Positions 1-13,474 of a stretch of DNA of 64,000 bases are shown in pieces (the stretch's first letter is position 1; each line of letters starts with the position of its first letter). Source of the stretch: the human T2T-CHM13v2.0 reference genome, Homo sapiens; assembly GCF_009914755.1 (NCBI RefSeq), contig NC_060947.1; one strand, 5' to 3'. The notes under the pieces are model-generated. The model did not search any database and was not told the DNA's origin. It saw only the letters and a list, made by a program, of their open reading frames with translations. The translations under genes were made by a program, and so were the position numbers.

Positions 1-1099
1 TTTACTTTTGTACATAGTGCCTAGAAAAGTATTATTGTGACATACATAGTTTGGGGAATAAAGTGATTACTTTTTAATGTCAAATATTTCCTTACTTACA
101 AAAGAAACCTTGCATCAGTTTGGATGTGAGAAGTGTATATACTCCAAAATAGTGGTGTAAAATATCTATCCATTAGCACACCATTAAACCAGATGCTGAT
201 CTTGATGGAGAGAAGACACACAATGTTGTGGCTGTAGAGAAAAGCCTGCAGCAATGTGTAGTGATTTCCAGTGCTACAAAGAAAATATTTGAAAAAGCAA
301 GGCTATTTTTGTAAGTTAAATATTGCCAAAAACTCTGAAAATAAAGGATATATGTTTAAAAATACCTATGCAAAGACTTTGAGTTTTCTCTCTTAAAGGC
401 ATGATAGGAATAGCAAACCACAGGATATAAGTGCAATACAAGACACTTAAATAAAGATGCAGTCTCTAACAGAAGTCTTTCCACAGCCAACCTAGTTAAA
501 ATTATTAGCAATCGCTTAATCAGAAGGAGTTGTAGGTGACAAAGAGAACTTGTCTATCTACCAGTTGTTGAGTTTGTGGCATGTAAGTGTATATTTTAAA
601 CTGAATAGAGTTTTTATTCTACAGTGGCCTTTTTCCTCTTCGTATTATAAGGTTTTTGTTTGTTTGTTTCATTGGTTGGTTGGTTTCTTTTGTTATCTTT
701 CCAATGACTCAAGTTCAAAAGAGCACTTGAATCATGTCAAGTATAAATTACTGAACTGGAGTGGCGGTGGTGGTCCTGCCTGAGGAATGAAGTCAGATGC
801 TAGGGACCAGACAGCAAGACCAAGGAAACCATGGCAATTTCAGAATTTGCTTCTTTACCAGAGAATGTAACATGTTATCTTGATAGTCAAGAGTCAATCA
901 GTGCTTGGTAACTAGACTTGTAGAAACTCTCTAACTGACCCTTACATTATAGCTCATTGTTCTGGTCACTAACATAATATATCGTTTGAAACAACTTGTA
1001 ATGGAAGTTGTGGTTGGAGTTAATGTCTCTTTCTACCGCTTTATTTGACAAAAAAATTTTAAGCAACAAGGAAAAAGCATTGTGTTATTTATTTAAGTA

Positions 1100-1290
1100 G
1101 ATAATAATAAGAGCTAACATTTTATTTGAAAGTACAGATTTTATGTATCCAATGAATTAATAGCACATTCCCTTAAAATAAATTCTGTGGTTCCAGATAA
1201 TGAATGAGATAGCCAGAAATGGGTTAGTGTCTTGCCCAGGGCCATTCTGTAGTCAGTGACAACCACAGCTTTGACACTTTGCCCTAAGAA
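1100..1290 (-). mobile_element. MIR SINE fragment
   Basis: Begins ataataataagagctaacatttt and contains cagataatgaatgaga...gttagtgtcttgcccagggcca, resembling the antisense MIR core; heavily diverged. Confidence 0.6.
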
Positions 1291-1730
1291 CTGTCTCTAA
1301 ATATGCATTTGTGATCTTTAATAACAGCCAAATTGCTGGAGAAGAAAACCTGTGCCTATTTCAAGATACTGAAAGAATTAAATTTAAAAAACCTGCCAGA
1401 TTCTGACATCTTCATTTAGAACATCCAAATCTATGTTTATACCCAAAATGTATTGTTAACATTTAGTGGCATGACATTCTGTAATCTATAGGAAAATATT
1501 GTGATCATGGTAAGAACATAGAGTAAATTTTCACAGTAATTGCTCAATAAGTGCAGTTAGAATGCTTTCTAGTTTTTAAAAGTCAAGGTAAGACTTTTTG
1601 TTGAACTTTTATTGAACAGTAATATCATCTAAGGCATTTAGCTCAATAGCTCGATTAAGGTGAAAGGGAGACTTATACACTGGATACAGTCCCAAGTTTA
1701 GTTAACTTTAGCATCTACACAAATATCTCA

Positions 1731-2110
<380 letters not shown>

Positions 2111-2389
2111 TCAGCACCTCCATGGGAAGGATATAGGAATATATAAACTTACAAAGTTCTTCCATAGCCAGCGTCTCCATATTTAGATTATTCCTAGTTT
2201 TCAATAAGTTGATTATTAACTGATTGTAGTTGACTATAGGGTTCTATATGGGAGATGCAAACTATCCTTCCTACTGAAAGACCACTTAGAAAGTAAGTCT
2301 GAGGTGTCACATTCACTCTGACTGTGGGAGGAGACTACGGCAAAGTCTTCACGGGAAAAGAAAAAGTCGTTCTTTCTCTTTGTTTTCAA

Positions 2390-2650
2390 GCAGTATGGTG
2401 TAGTGGTTATAAGCGTAGACTCAAGGACCAGACTAGTTTGGATCAAATTCTGCTTTTGAACCTTACTAGCCAGCCAGAGGACAATCCAGTGAACGTCTCT
2501 GTGCCACACTGTTTCCATTTTATAAATGGTAACTGACATTTTATTTGAAAGTACAGACAAGGATAGTACCTATTTCCTAGGGTTACAATGTGGCTCTCAT
2601 TAAAATTCTTTGTATGTTCCAAGTACTTACAAATATTATATTAGCTTCTG
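2390..2650 (+). mobile_element. MIR SINE carrying an extra ~28-bp insert
   Basis: gcagtatggtgtagtggttataagcgtagactc ... ctctgtgccacactgtttcc ... gatagtacctatttcctagggtt follows the MIR layout. Confidence 0.7.
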
Positions 2651-2676
2651 GTGTATAGCATTCATAATTTCGAGAA

Positions 2677-2732
2677 ATATATATATATATACACACACAC
2701 ACATATATATGCATATATATGCATGCACATAT
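2677..2732. repeat. (TA)n/(CA)n compound microsatellite
   Basis: atatatatatatatacacacacacacatatatatgcatatatatgcatgcac read directly. Confidence 0.9.
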
Positions 2733-4259
2733 TTCCTATATAATAGGTTGTATCTATCATTCCCACTCTTGAAATAAGAAACTTTATGCAAATAAATTGT
2801 TTTTCTCACGTTACTCTAAAGTTTCATGGAAGACATGATAGTAAACACAAACATCTTGCCTTCTAGCCTTTTTCTCTCTCTGATATACGCATGGCTTTCC
2901 TTTATTTCCAATTCAACATCTTTTTGGACTATGAGTTGTTACTATGTAGACTATGTAGACTATAGACCATAAGAACAATAAATTAAGTTGTTTAGTACAT
3001 AACTTTTACTAGTATATACTGAAGCTCAGCTCATATTTTTCTGCCCCATAAAATAATGGCCATCATATGCAAACCCTTAGTTTGTTAGAAACATGAAGGG
3101 AAAGAGTTACATCCTGAAGGTATCAAAGAAATCCAGGAATGCATAAGTTTGTTACAAGATTTTAAAATGTCATTATTTTTCACTTTACAAAGTGAGATGC
3201 TCAAGTACCAATAAAGAACATACAAAGGGGTACCTAAAACCCAGCTTCGCAACCATTAGCTGGCCACCTATCTCCAATGTATTGGAACTTGAGAGGCTGA
3301 AAGTAGAGTTGACAATAAAAGGAAGTGAATGTCCTGCCCCTGAACTGTGTCATGGGGGGAGTCAGTCAAGGGCTGCTTCTCTGTCACCATAAGCCTTGTA
3401 AGGGGAGCTTCAGAGAACTGTATATACATCCTCTGGATACTGAAGAGCACAGGAGATCAGTTTTCAACACAGGCCAAGAAAATCTAAAGGTGAGAGGCTG
3501 TGATCAGCCACTTGAGGTGTTAGGAATTTAGCAAAACCACATTAGGAGCTGTATTTCAACCTATGGTTGGGTCAATAATGTGTAAAGTTTTCTCTTAGAC
3601 CCAATGTGGGTCATGTAAGCGAGACAAATAGCCTGAAGACATTTCAGCTTCTCCCTAAAAAGACTTCCTGAAGGGACAAGGTGCTTTTCAGGAGTTCTGG
3701 GGGCTGCAGATAAAACACAAATGGCCAGCCAAATACGCACACGTACTCATACACATACACTCACACACGCTTTTTTTTTGCATGTATTTGGCCTGGTTCT
3801 CAGAAAATTCAGGCAAATATTCAAACTTGACATTTTGGAAAAACATACCAATAACCAATATACCTAAAACATAAAGGTAGCTTTGATCGCCCTCCAAATC
3901 CACAGAGATGCTTTAAACGTGTGTTATAACCAGAGGAAAATATTATCAGATTACATTAATGATGTTTATCTCTTCTTACCTCTTCTCTCTCCTCTTCCTC
4001 CAAACCTAGAGTGATCAAAAATTGAAATATATAATGAGGACTTGTCAGAGCAGGGAAGAAAAAGAATCAGCAGAGTCAAAACAAGAAACAAGTAGATTAT
4101 TCTCCTCTGATTATTACTTAAAACATCCAGCCATAAGCCAGTCTATCCTTGAGGAAGGGAGAAGCTTTAATATTAAAGACTGGAGTTCTGAATATTATAG
4201 AGGGCCAAATATTTCAATTAATAAGAGGTGACTATTAGGGATTGAAATAATTTGTCACT

Positions 4260-5000
4260 AGTACATCTACCCCAAGGAATGCCTAAAGGAAATTCTTCAA
4301 TGAGAAGGGGAATGTAAAGGAAGGCATCTTGCAGAATCAGAAAGGAAAAAAGGACAATGGAAAGATGAGAAATATACGTAGTGTTTTTGAATTATATTTG
4401 ATGATTGAAATAAAAATTATAACATCATCTTATAATAAAGACATCAATATTTAAAAGTAGGAAAGGTGCAAGGGCCTAAGTGGAGGTAAGATTTTCACAC
4501 TTCACTCAAGGTGGTAAAATGTTGATACTATTAGATTGTGATAAGCCACATATGTATATTATAATACATGCAGCAACCAGTATGAAAGCCACACTCAAAA
4601 ACACGCTGAAAAATCTAGATGGAACCCTTAAAAATGCTCAAATAACCCATAGGTGAGCAAGAAAATAAAAGAACAATAATAAAGAGAGGAAAAACATAAA
4701 ACAAACATAAAATGGCAGAATTAAGCCCTAAAATATAATTACCTTAAATGTAAGTGGTCTAAATACAATAATTGAAAGGCAGAAATCGATAGAGTGGATT
4801 TAAAACAAGAACTACCACGCAACTACATGCTGTTAAAAAGAAACTCACAGCAAATTAAACAATCTAGTTGGGTTGAACGTAAAGGGATGACAATGATATA
4901 GCATATAAACATATTAATCACACAAGTGAGAGTAGCTGTATTAATATCAGATGAAATAGACATCAGTGCAAAAAAAAAATCACTACAAACAAAAAAGGGA
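4260..5000 (+). mobile_element. Old L1M fragment (ORF1 end, inter-ORF, ORF2 endonuclease start)
   Basis: ttaccttaaatgtaagtggtctaaatac (TLNVNGLN-like), catgctgttaaaaagaaactcac, gagtagctgtattaatatcagatgaaatagac. Confidence 0.8.
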
Positions 5001-5442
5001 TCCTCACAGATCCCCTTTACCTGACTGGTGGCTCCATGATCTCACTGCTGTTTCAGTTGCTACCTCTCCCAGCTACTTCCTTTCCCCAGAGAAATGCTTT
5101 CAGGTGGATAGAAGCTGCTTTTTTCCAGTAGATTAGGCACCTGTAATCACCACTACCACCGATACTTGAGGAGGAGCCCTCAGCAAAAGCCTGGGTGACT
5201 TGGGGTACAAAAGCCTTCCCCATGGACATAAGGTAGGGCCAATTCCGTGGCACAATTTTGACTTAGAGATTCCCACTGAATCATTGAAAGGGAAACTCCA
5301 ATTGAGATTGCATTCTCACTTAGCTCTTTCTTCTGCCCTCTCCTGCTTTCTCATTCTTGTTTTCCTGAGAGCTCTCCCCCAGTAAATCAGTACACACGAT
5401 TCTATCCCAGGTGCTCCTTCTAGGCACTCTCATCCTAAGACA
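5001..5442 (+). mobile_element. ERVL LTR (LTR16-like)
   Basis: 3' end cctgagagctctccccagtaaatca...ccttctaggcactctcatcctaagaca resembles LTR16/ERV3-16A3 LTR ends; 5' boundary approximate. Confidence 0.65.
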
Positions 5443-5783
5443 GATGGTACTCTAATTTGTCCTGGGAAGACATTAAGGATGGGATTCTAGTGCTGGATCA
5501 CTGCTTGTTTGGCTGGCACTAAGAACGTCATCACTGGTGGTAAGTGGAGTACTGTTAGTTGCTGCCATGTGGTAGCAGTGCAATTGTTAGGACTTTCACC
5601 TGTTGTAAACAAGGTAAAGATAAAGGTGGAAGAAAATGCATTGTCTCTGACAATATCTCTGGCATTTAGGAGAAATAGTAATTATAAAAAAGCATGGATC
5701 TGGATGGTTGTTCGTAATTTAAAGAGAAAATATAATGACAAAATCCAGGCATTTGGTTACCATTTTAAAGCAAAAATGACAAT
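5443..5783 (+). mobile_element. ERVL internal leader (ERV3-16A3_I-like)
   Basis: Directly follows the LTR: gatggtac...gtcctgggaagacattaaggatgggattctagtgctggatcac. Confidence 0.55.
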
Positions 5784-6462
5784 TGTAAACCAAAAAAAAA
5801 AAAAAAAAAAAAAAACAAAAAACTGAAACAGGTCCTAGTCAATTTAGAAGTTTATTTTTCCAAGGTTAAGGACATGCCCATGACAGTCACAGAAGGTCCT
5901 GATGATGTATATTCAAGGTGGTCAGGCTACAGCTTGGTTTTATGTATTTTGATGAAACATAAGACATCAATCAATTCACAGAAGATATTCACTGGTTCCG
6001 TCCAGATAAGTGGGACAACTCAGAGTGGGAGGGCTTACAGGTCATTGGTGGATTCAAAGATTTTCCAATTGGCTACTGGTTGAAAATGTTTATCTAAATA
6101 CCTGGAATCCATAGAAAAGAGTGTCTTGGTTGAGATAAAGGGGTTTGGAGATCAAGGTACTTATTATGCAGATGAAGCCTCCAGCGAGCCAGCTTCAGAG
6201 AGAATAGATTGTAAATGTTTCTTATCAGACTTAACAAGATTCCAGACTCTTAATTTAATTCTCTCCTGGATCAGGGAAGAGACCTGGAAAAGGAAAGAGA
6301 TTATCTACTGAATGTACATTTTCCCCACAAGAGACAACTTTGCAGGGTCATTTAAAAAATATGTCAAATAAATATATTTGAGGGTAAAATAATTTGATTT
6401 CTTTCAGGGCCTGTTGTCATGTGATACTATACTAGCGTCAGGCTTACATTTGGTGACATTAT
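5784..6462 (-). mobile_element. MER4A-like ERV1 LTR, missing its 5' end
   Basis: tgtaaaccaaaa...ctgaaacaggtcctagtcaatttagaagtttatttttccaaggttaaggac is the reverse complement of the MER4 3' terminus; also gcagatgaagcctcc and cttcagagagaatagattgtaaatgtttcttatcagac. Confidence 0.8.
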
Positions 6463-7975
6463 TCAAGTCCTTAGCAATATCTGGAAAGTATTCCCAAGAA
6501 AGCGACCACAAATACTACAAATAAGGCCAAACTGTGAAGAGTCCAAAAAATGCCTGACTCCTCAATTTCCAGACATGGACATACATCTACAAGTATCAAG
6601 AGAATCCAGGAAAACATGACCTTACCAAATGAACTAAATAAGGCAGTAGGGACCAATCCTGGAAAAATAGAGATAAGTGCTCTTTCCGACAGATAATTCA
6701 AAGTAGATGTCCTGAGGAAATGCAAAGAAATTCAGGATAACACACAGAAGGAATTCAGAATTATATCAAATAAATTTAACAAAAAGATTAAATAATTTAA
6801 AAGAATCAAGCAGAAATTCTGGAGATGAAAAATGCAGCAGGCATACTGAAGAATGCATCTCTGGGTCCTTTAATAGCAGAATTGATCAAGCAGAAGAAAG
6901 GATTAGTGAGCTTCAAGATAGGTATTTGAAAATCCACAGTCAGAGGAGACAAAAGAAAACAAGAATAGAAAACAATGAAACACACATACAGAATCTAGAA
7001 AATAGCCTCAAAGGGGCAAATCTAAGAGTTATTGGCCTCAAAGAGGTGATAGAGAAAGAGATAGGGGTAGGAAGTTTATTGAAAAGGATAATAATATATA
7101 ATTTCCTAAACCTAAGGAAATATATTAATATTCAAGTACAAGAAGGTAATAGAACACCAAGCGGAATGAACCCAAGGAAGACTATATCAAGTCATTTAAT
7201 AGTCAAACTCCCAAATATAAGAGATAAAAATAGGATACTAAAAGCAGCAAGGGAAAAGAAACAAAGAGCATACAATGGAACTCCAATACAGCTGGCAGCA
7301 GACTTTTCAGTGGAAGTCTTAACAGGACAGAAGAGAGTGCCATGACATATTTAAAGTACTGAAGGAAAAAAACTTTTACCTTGGAACAGTATACCTAGGG
7401 AAAACATCCTCAAAACGTGAAGGAGAAATAAAGATTTTCCCAGAGAAACAAAAGCTGAGAGATTTAATCAACACCAGACCTGTCCTACAAGCAATGCTAA
7501 AGGGAGTTCTTCAATCAGAAAGACAAGAACATTAATGAGCAAGGAGTAATTGCCTGAAGGTACAAAAGTCACTGGTTATAATACATACACAGAAAAACAC
7601 AAAATGTTATAACACTGAAACTGTGATGTGTATACTACTCTTATACTAAGTACCATGACTAAAGGGTAAACCAATCAAAAATTATATCTATAACAACATA
7701 TCAAGACATAGACAATGCAATGCAATATACATAGAAACAATGAAATGTTAAAAAGTGGGATATGATGTTAAGGTGTAGAATTTGTGTTAGTGTTCTTTTT
7801 GCTTGCTTGTTTTTGCAACAAACAAGCAAATCAAGCTGTTGTTACCAGCTAAAAAATATTCGTTATAAGATAGCATTTTCAAGCCTCAAGGTCATCTCAA
7901 ACCAAAACACAAACAAAGGATACACAAAATAAAAGGCAAGAAAATAAATTATATTGCAAGAAAAATCACTTTATT
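6463..7975 (+). mobile_element. L1M1/L1MA-type fragment: end of 5'UTR, ORF1, inter-ORF region
   Basis: ORF 6926-7345 gives L1 ORF1p motifs NLRVIG, IQVQE..RTP, ILKAAREKK, PIQLAADFS; collinear with 41455-42840. Confidence 0.9.
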
Positions 7976-8049
7976 TATTTTTTTTATTTGCTGGAAGCAA
8001 ATAAAAGCCTTAACTGGCAAATTGAAGAACGTCACTGAGTGAAGAATTG

Positions 8050-8430
8050 ATTAAAACACTCACACAAATAGACTTTTGAATACTAGAATAATATGTCTCA
8101 ATTTCAGGAATAAAGATGAAATCGTACAGCTCTTCAAAAGGAGAAAAAAAAAAGAAATCAAACTAGCACCAGACTTGTCATCAGCAACACTGACAGAGGA
8201 CAGAGTACGTCTAAGAAAACAATTGGAATAAGATGTATATACTGCTAAGAAAAAAACATTACAACCCAAGAATCTTGTATTCAGCTGAGATTTCCACTCA
8301 CCAATTGGGGTTATAGATAGATATTTATAGGATTTTAATCATTCAGAAATATTTGTAGATCACTTTAGTGATTCAGAGAATATATCACATAAATAAATTT
8401 TTTGAGAAAAATACATGAGAAATTACTCTA
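8050..8430 (+). mobile_element. Ancient L1ME/HAL1-like ORF1 fragment
   Basis: gaaatcaaactagcaccagacttgtcatcagcaacact and aacccaagaatcttgtattcagctgaga (IRL.SDFS / PRILYPA-like). Confidence 0.55.
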
Positions 8431-8432
8431 AT

Positions 8433-8637
8433 CCAAACTGGCCTGTGGGCACAATTGGGCCAGCCATCTGCTTTTGTTAATAAACTTTCATTGGAACACA
8501 GCCACATCCATTTGTTTCCATATGGCTACTTTCACAATACAACTGCATAGCCAAACAGTTGCAACAGAGACCACATGGCCCACAAAATCTAAGATATTTA
8601 GTGTCTGGCCCTATACAAAATATTTTCTGACTCCTAG
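8433..8637 (+). mobile_element. MER58A (hAT-Charlie MITE)
   Basis: caaactggcctgtgggcac...aataaactttcattggaacacagccac...gcaacagagaccacatggcccacaaaatctaagatatttagtgtctggccc. Confidence 0.85.
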
Positions 8638-8787
8638 TCTAAACAAACAAATGACAGACAAATTAAAAACAAGAATTATCAGGGTAGAAGAAGATGAAGC
8701 AAAGATGAAATTGTGATTGTCAATTATATGAAAATAAGTTTATATTCCACCCACTAGAACCTTTTAGTTTATACGTAATCTAAAATT

Positions 8788-8870
8788 TACATATATATGT
8801 GTATACATACATATATATACACACATTCATATATAGTCACACACAATGTGCATACACATATACATATAGA
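8788..8870. repeat. Degenerate TA/CA microsatellite
   Basis: atatatatgtgtatacatacatatatatacacacattcatatatag read directly. Confidence 0.7.
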
Positions 8871-9039
8871 CGTGCTTATGCATTTGGTTCTAATTTCATT
8901 TCCAGTGTTTAACACTTTTCCTTTCTTTGCTGCAATTTCTATTTTGAGGGCCAATTCCTCCTTCAATTATCTATAATGTCACATTTATCCCTGAGTGATA
9001 AGGAGGCAACACAACCACACACTTTTCTGTCTGTACACG

Positions 9040-9295
9040 AACAGCTGTCCAGTGAGCGACCACTGACAAACTTGAAAGAAGTGACATAATTCACGACTGT
9101 TTATTATGCACGACTTTGTATTTATGTAATGATTTGTGGACTGAAGGGTTATTAGTGGAGTATTTTATGCAATTACTTTCAGTTAGTATATCATGGTGAC
9201 TGATATTTGAACTATGTTGTTGGGGAACTAGAATTATTTAAATAAAACCATGATAACCAAAAATTGTGCATATCGGAACTGTGAAAATTGTTAAT
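9040..9295. mobile_element. Possible TcMar-Tigger DNA transposon remnant
   Basis: ccatgataaccaaaaattgtgcatatcggaactgtgaaa resembles Tigger subterminal sequence; family not resolved. Confidence 0.4.
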
Positions 9296-9676
9296 TTGTG
9301 ACTAAAATTATTAACCATATCAGCAAAATCTAGATGTTGGAAGTAAGAATTGAAAGCATTTTGTAGATCTTAAAGATAGTATCTTCATAGGGTTCTAGCG
9401 GGTGGAAGAGAACCTCAATTTCATATAATTGAAAAATATATGTTAGATTATTCAGTTCAGGAAAGGAAAAATAACAATCGCTGAGATGGAAAACCAAGGT
9501 TAAATTTTCAAACAAATAAGATAGAAAGGGAAATAATTGGATATTATTATTAGGTCAATTGGTGCATTTATTTTATAGCTATCTTTAGCTCACTTTCTTA
9601 CCTTCTTCAGAGCCTTGCTCAAATGTCACTTTGTCAATAAGGACTTCCCTGCAATTATATATAATTGAAACCCTAA

Positions 9677-10032
9677 TGTCTTAGTTCAGGCTGTCATAAC
9701 AAAATACTATACATTTCATGGCTTACAAATAACCAAGATTGACTTCTCACAGTTCTGGAAACTGAGAGTTCAAGATCAGGATGCTAGCATGGACAGGTTC
9801 TGATGAGGAGCCCCTTTTAAGTTGCTTATTGCCAACTTCTTATAACATCACGTGGCAGGAGAGTGAGAGATCTTTCTGGAGTTCCTTTTCACAAAGGCAC
9901 TGATCTCAGTCATGAGGGCCCCACCCTCATGACCTAATGATATCCTAAAAAATCACTTCCTAATATCATCACCTCAGGGGTTAGGGTGGCAACATGAATT
10001 TTTGTTGGGAAACAGATATTTAACACATAACA
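9677..10032 (-). mobile_element. MLT1A0-type MaLR solo LTR
   Basis: tgtcttagttcaggctg...ctcacagttctggaaactgagagttcaagatcagg...catgagggccccaccctcatgacctaat...cataaca; 5-bp TSD cctaa at 9672-9676 and 10033-10037. Confidence 0.9.
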
Positions 10033-10037
10033 CCTAA

Positions 10038-10160
10038 GCCTCAGTATATTCATCTATCAATTTTGGAAAACTACCACAGAATACTCTCTTGGGGATTAAA
10101 TGAGTTAATATATACAAAATCTCAGCATAGTATCAGGCATATATTAAATTCCTAATAGAA
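10038..10160 (+). mobile_element. MIR fragment
   Basis: gcctcagtatattcatctatc...gggattaaatgagttaatatatacaaaatctcagcatagtatcaggcatat. Confidence 0.7.
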
Positions 10161-10643
10161 TCAGTTCCCTCTAGGAATTTCTTTCTCACCCTTTTCTATG
10201 TGGCCATGATTTCAACACAGAGTTCACAGAATTCACAATACTTTTTTCTGTGAATGAGAAAAACACGTTAAGATATCATTAATAAAATCTCTGCCAGGGC
10301 AATTTGCACTTTAGAATAGGAAGTCGGGGGAGAGAGCAATGCTTAGCCAAAATAACTGAATGTCTATTAATGGAAGTCGATGTGTATTCATCTGTAAGTT
10401 TGTGGAGACATCTTTGATTAAGTGTTCTCAACCCAGCCTCAAGCTCTCTATTCAAGCATCTACTCGTGATCCATGCTGCTTTTCTGTATGCTGTGTGCTG
10501 AGGTCCTATATATCAAAATGAGGTCTAGCCATATCAGAAGACAAGGAAATAAATATGTAATATCCTGTGTTGATTTCCACACAGCCAGAAGGAATTATGC
10601 ATGAGTTCTGCATAGTAATGAAGTATTAGGAAGAGGGAGAACA

Positions 10644-11015
<372 letters not shown>

Positions 11016-11999
11016 CTAATGAGAGAAATAAGTAGCAGTAAAGCCGTTGGTCCTAAATGTTATGAGGAAATGATTTGTTCATCACTTTAGATATAACTTG
11101 GCATATATTTCTTTGCAGAAATATGTGTTTAGTGAAATTCTTTGTAAGCATACCAACTTATGCAGTTTCTGTAATTTATTATGTTCTTTTAGATTTAAAT
11201 CCCATTATATTTTAAAAATCACCCCAAGAGCAGGGAAAAGCCTCTCAATCACACATGTACATTTTTAAGGCCAAGGTCTCCAAATCCCCTTTCAACCCCA
11301 GGGTGTACATGGAGGGAATTGGGTCCTAATTTTTAAGAGTTCTCATTGGAAAGTGGGTTTTCCAAGCCTGCCCTTTGTTCCCAGTGTTGGTCTTTACTTT
11401 TAAGTGTCATGGGAACAGCAAAAGTCACATCACCATATGTATCTTGTTATATTTTATCGGATAAACTCACATGAATAACAATATGTATAGATTCATGTAA
11501 ACGCATAGGAATTGGGCTAGAAGATGGATTCAAACTTAAATGGTTATTTTACATTTCATTTTGAATATTTTTGCACCGTTAAAGCTATCTATAATGAGAA
11601 TAATTGCATATACTATTATTGCAATTCTTTAAAAATATAATCAGAACCATTAAATGTTTCAGAACTTATAAGAATATTTCATGAAAAAAGAATAAGGAAG
11701 GACCTCAGCAACCAGATATCAAAACTGGTAGGTCAGTGTATTGGCAAAGGAAGAAACAAATAATCTATCCACGTTGCAGAACTAAGACCCCAAATTCCAT
11801 ATATATTTAGAAATAAACAACTTAATAAGTCTGATTATACAAATATTTAGGGGTAAAGGCGCATACAATAAATAGCATTCAAATAATTTGATATCCATTT
11901 AGGGAAACAAAAAACTTTGAAGAGTACTAAAAGGAAATATACACACACATGGAAACAGTGTGCTGTAGCTTTGTCATTTAAAAGCACGCAATCCTGTGG

Positions 12000-12135
12000 A
12001 GAATGTACTATTATGCAGGGCAATTTCACAAATAAGAAAATGGAGGAACAGAAAAGTTAAATAATTTGCTCAAGGCCATGCAGCCAGGCAATGGGATACA
12101 AAAACTTTGAAACCAAGTCTAACTGAGTCTTCATC
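12000..12135 (-). mobile_element. MIR fragment
   Basis: ttcacaaataagaaaatggaggaacagaaaagttaaataatttgctcaaggccatgcagcca. Confidence 0.7.
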
Positions 12136-13474
12136 TCTGTATTACCTTTCCCCACTAGAAGTATACAATGTGGTATCTGCCTTCAAATGGCTAACGATCT
12201 AGTTTGAAGAACTCACAACAATGGGCTAAGTATGAGAGGAGAGACATACACAGAGTATGGAATGATTACTTTTATTTCAGCAAATCACAGATGACCAGGC
12301 ATTTATCAAGCAGACAAGGATTCTACAGGCATGTCAGAAAAAAAAAGAAAAAAAAAAAAGAAAACTAAAACATTTCCATGTTATGGTTTTCCTTACAGAC
12401 TGGAGCAAATAGATAAATGTACCCCAGAATGTCTTAAGCTTTGCCAAGCTTTTCTCATTGATAATCAAGTATTAGTTGAATTGACGTTCAATGGGAAGAA
12501 AACCTGTGAAGTTAAATTTTATGGATTATTTCCTGAGTTCTTTACAAGGCTTTGACTTTGGGGTGGTATGGAAAAAGTTTTCTCTGTTACATTCTATATT
12601 CTCTCATGAACGATAATAAGAGTAATAGAACCAGGTTTCTTGGTTTCTGCCTTATGTTCCAAGCTATCTACTGGCTCAGTATTCATATTCAATGGGTACA
12701 TTAATGTAAAGTCTTTTCTAGCCTGCTAAGTTAGTGTATAGGATCCAGTAGCTGCATCAGATACAAGCCCACCATTTTTCTGGTAGCCATGCCCCTAATC
12801 CAAAAAAGATTCATTGATGAAGAACTTTAATATTTCCAAATCTTTTCAATTTCCTTATGAGGATTAGGGTTATAATTATTCTACTGTGTTTTTTTCCTAC
12901 CTCAATAAGATAATTTTTCCTCTGAAAACAAAGCACCCTGCAATTCTGATTATTTGACCATTGATCTCTGTTACATTTCTGTGACTGAAGCTTAAGTCTG
13001 GTTTTCTATAAACTAAAATAAAGATCATGTAAGGAGGTGGTTTCTATAGGTTCAATCTAGAGAGCTGAAAAGAGAAAAAACAAATTTATACCAAGAGTAA
13101 AATGCTAATAAATATAAGACTAAGTGAGAGGGGAGCAATTAAGACCTTACTAGGCTGTGGTGTGGTTGATTGGGGGCCAAATTAATCTAATATGGGAGAA
13201 GATATTCTTTGATTATTACAAATTTTTTATTTTGAATATTTGCAGCTATGTTTCTAAGTGATATAGCACTCATTTTCCTCTTTATTAAGATCTGTGTTTG
13301 ATTTGTTTATCAAGTTTTATAAAATTAAATAGGGTGTATTCCCTTTTTCTATATTTTGAAATCGTGTAAGAATGGGATTACTTTCTTTCTCTGATTATTT
13401 GGAAGAAAGCTGTTTTAGAATGTCTGTGTCTGCTGTTTCCTTTGTGGGAAGATTCCTAATTACGGATTCTTTTT

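Noticed and set aside
11102-11127. Short hairpins (also ~36506-36524 and ~45868-45898)
   Set aside because: 8-11 bp imperfect stems in AT-rich DNA with no consensus to compare against; expected by chance
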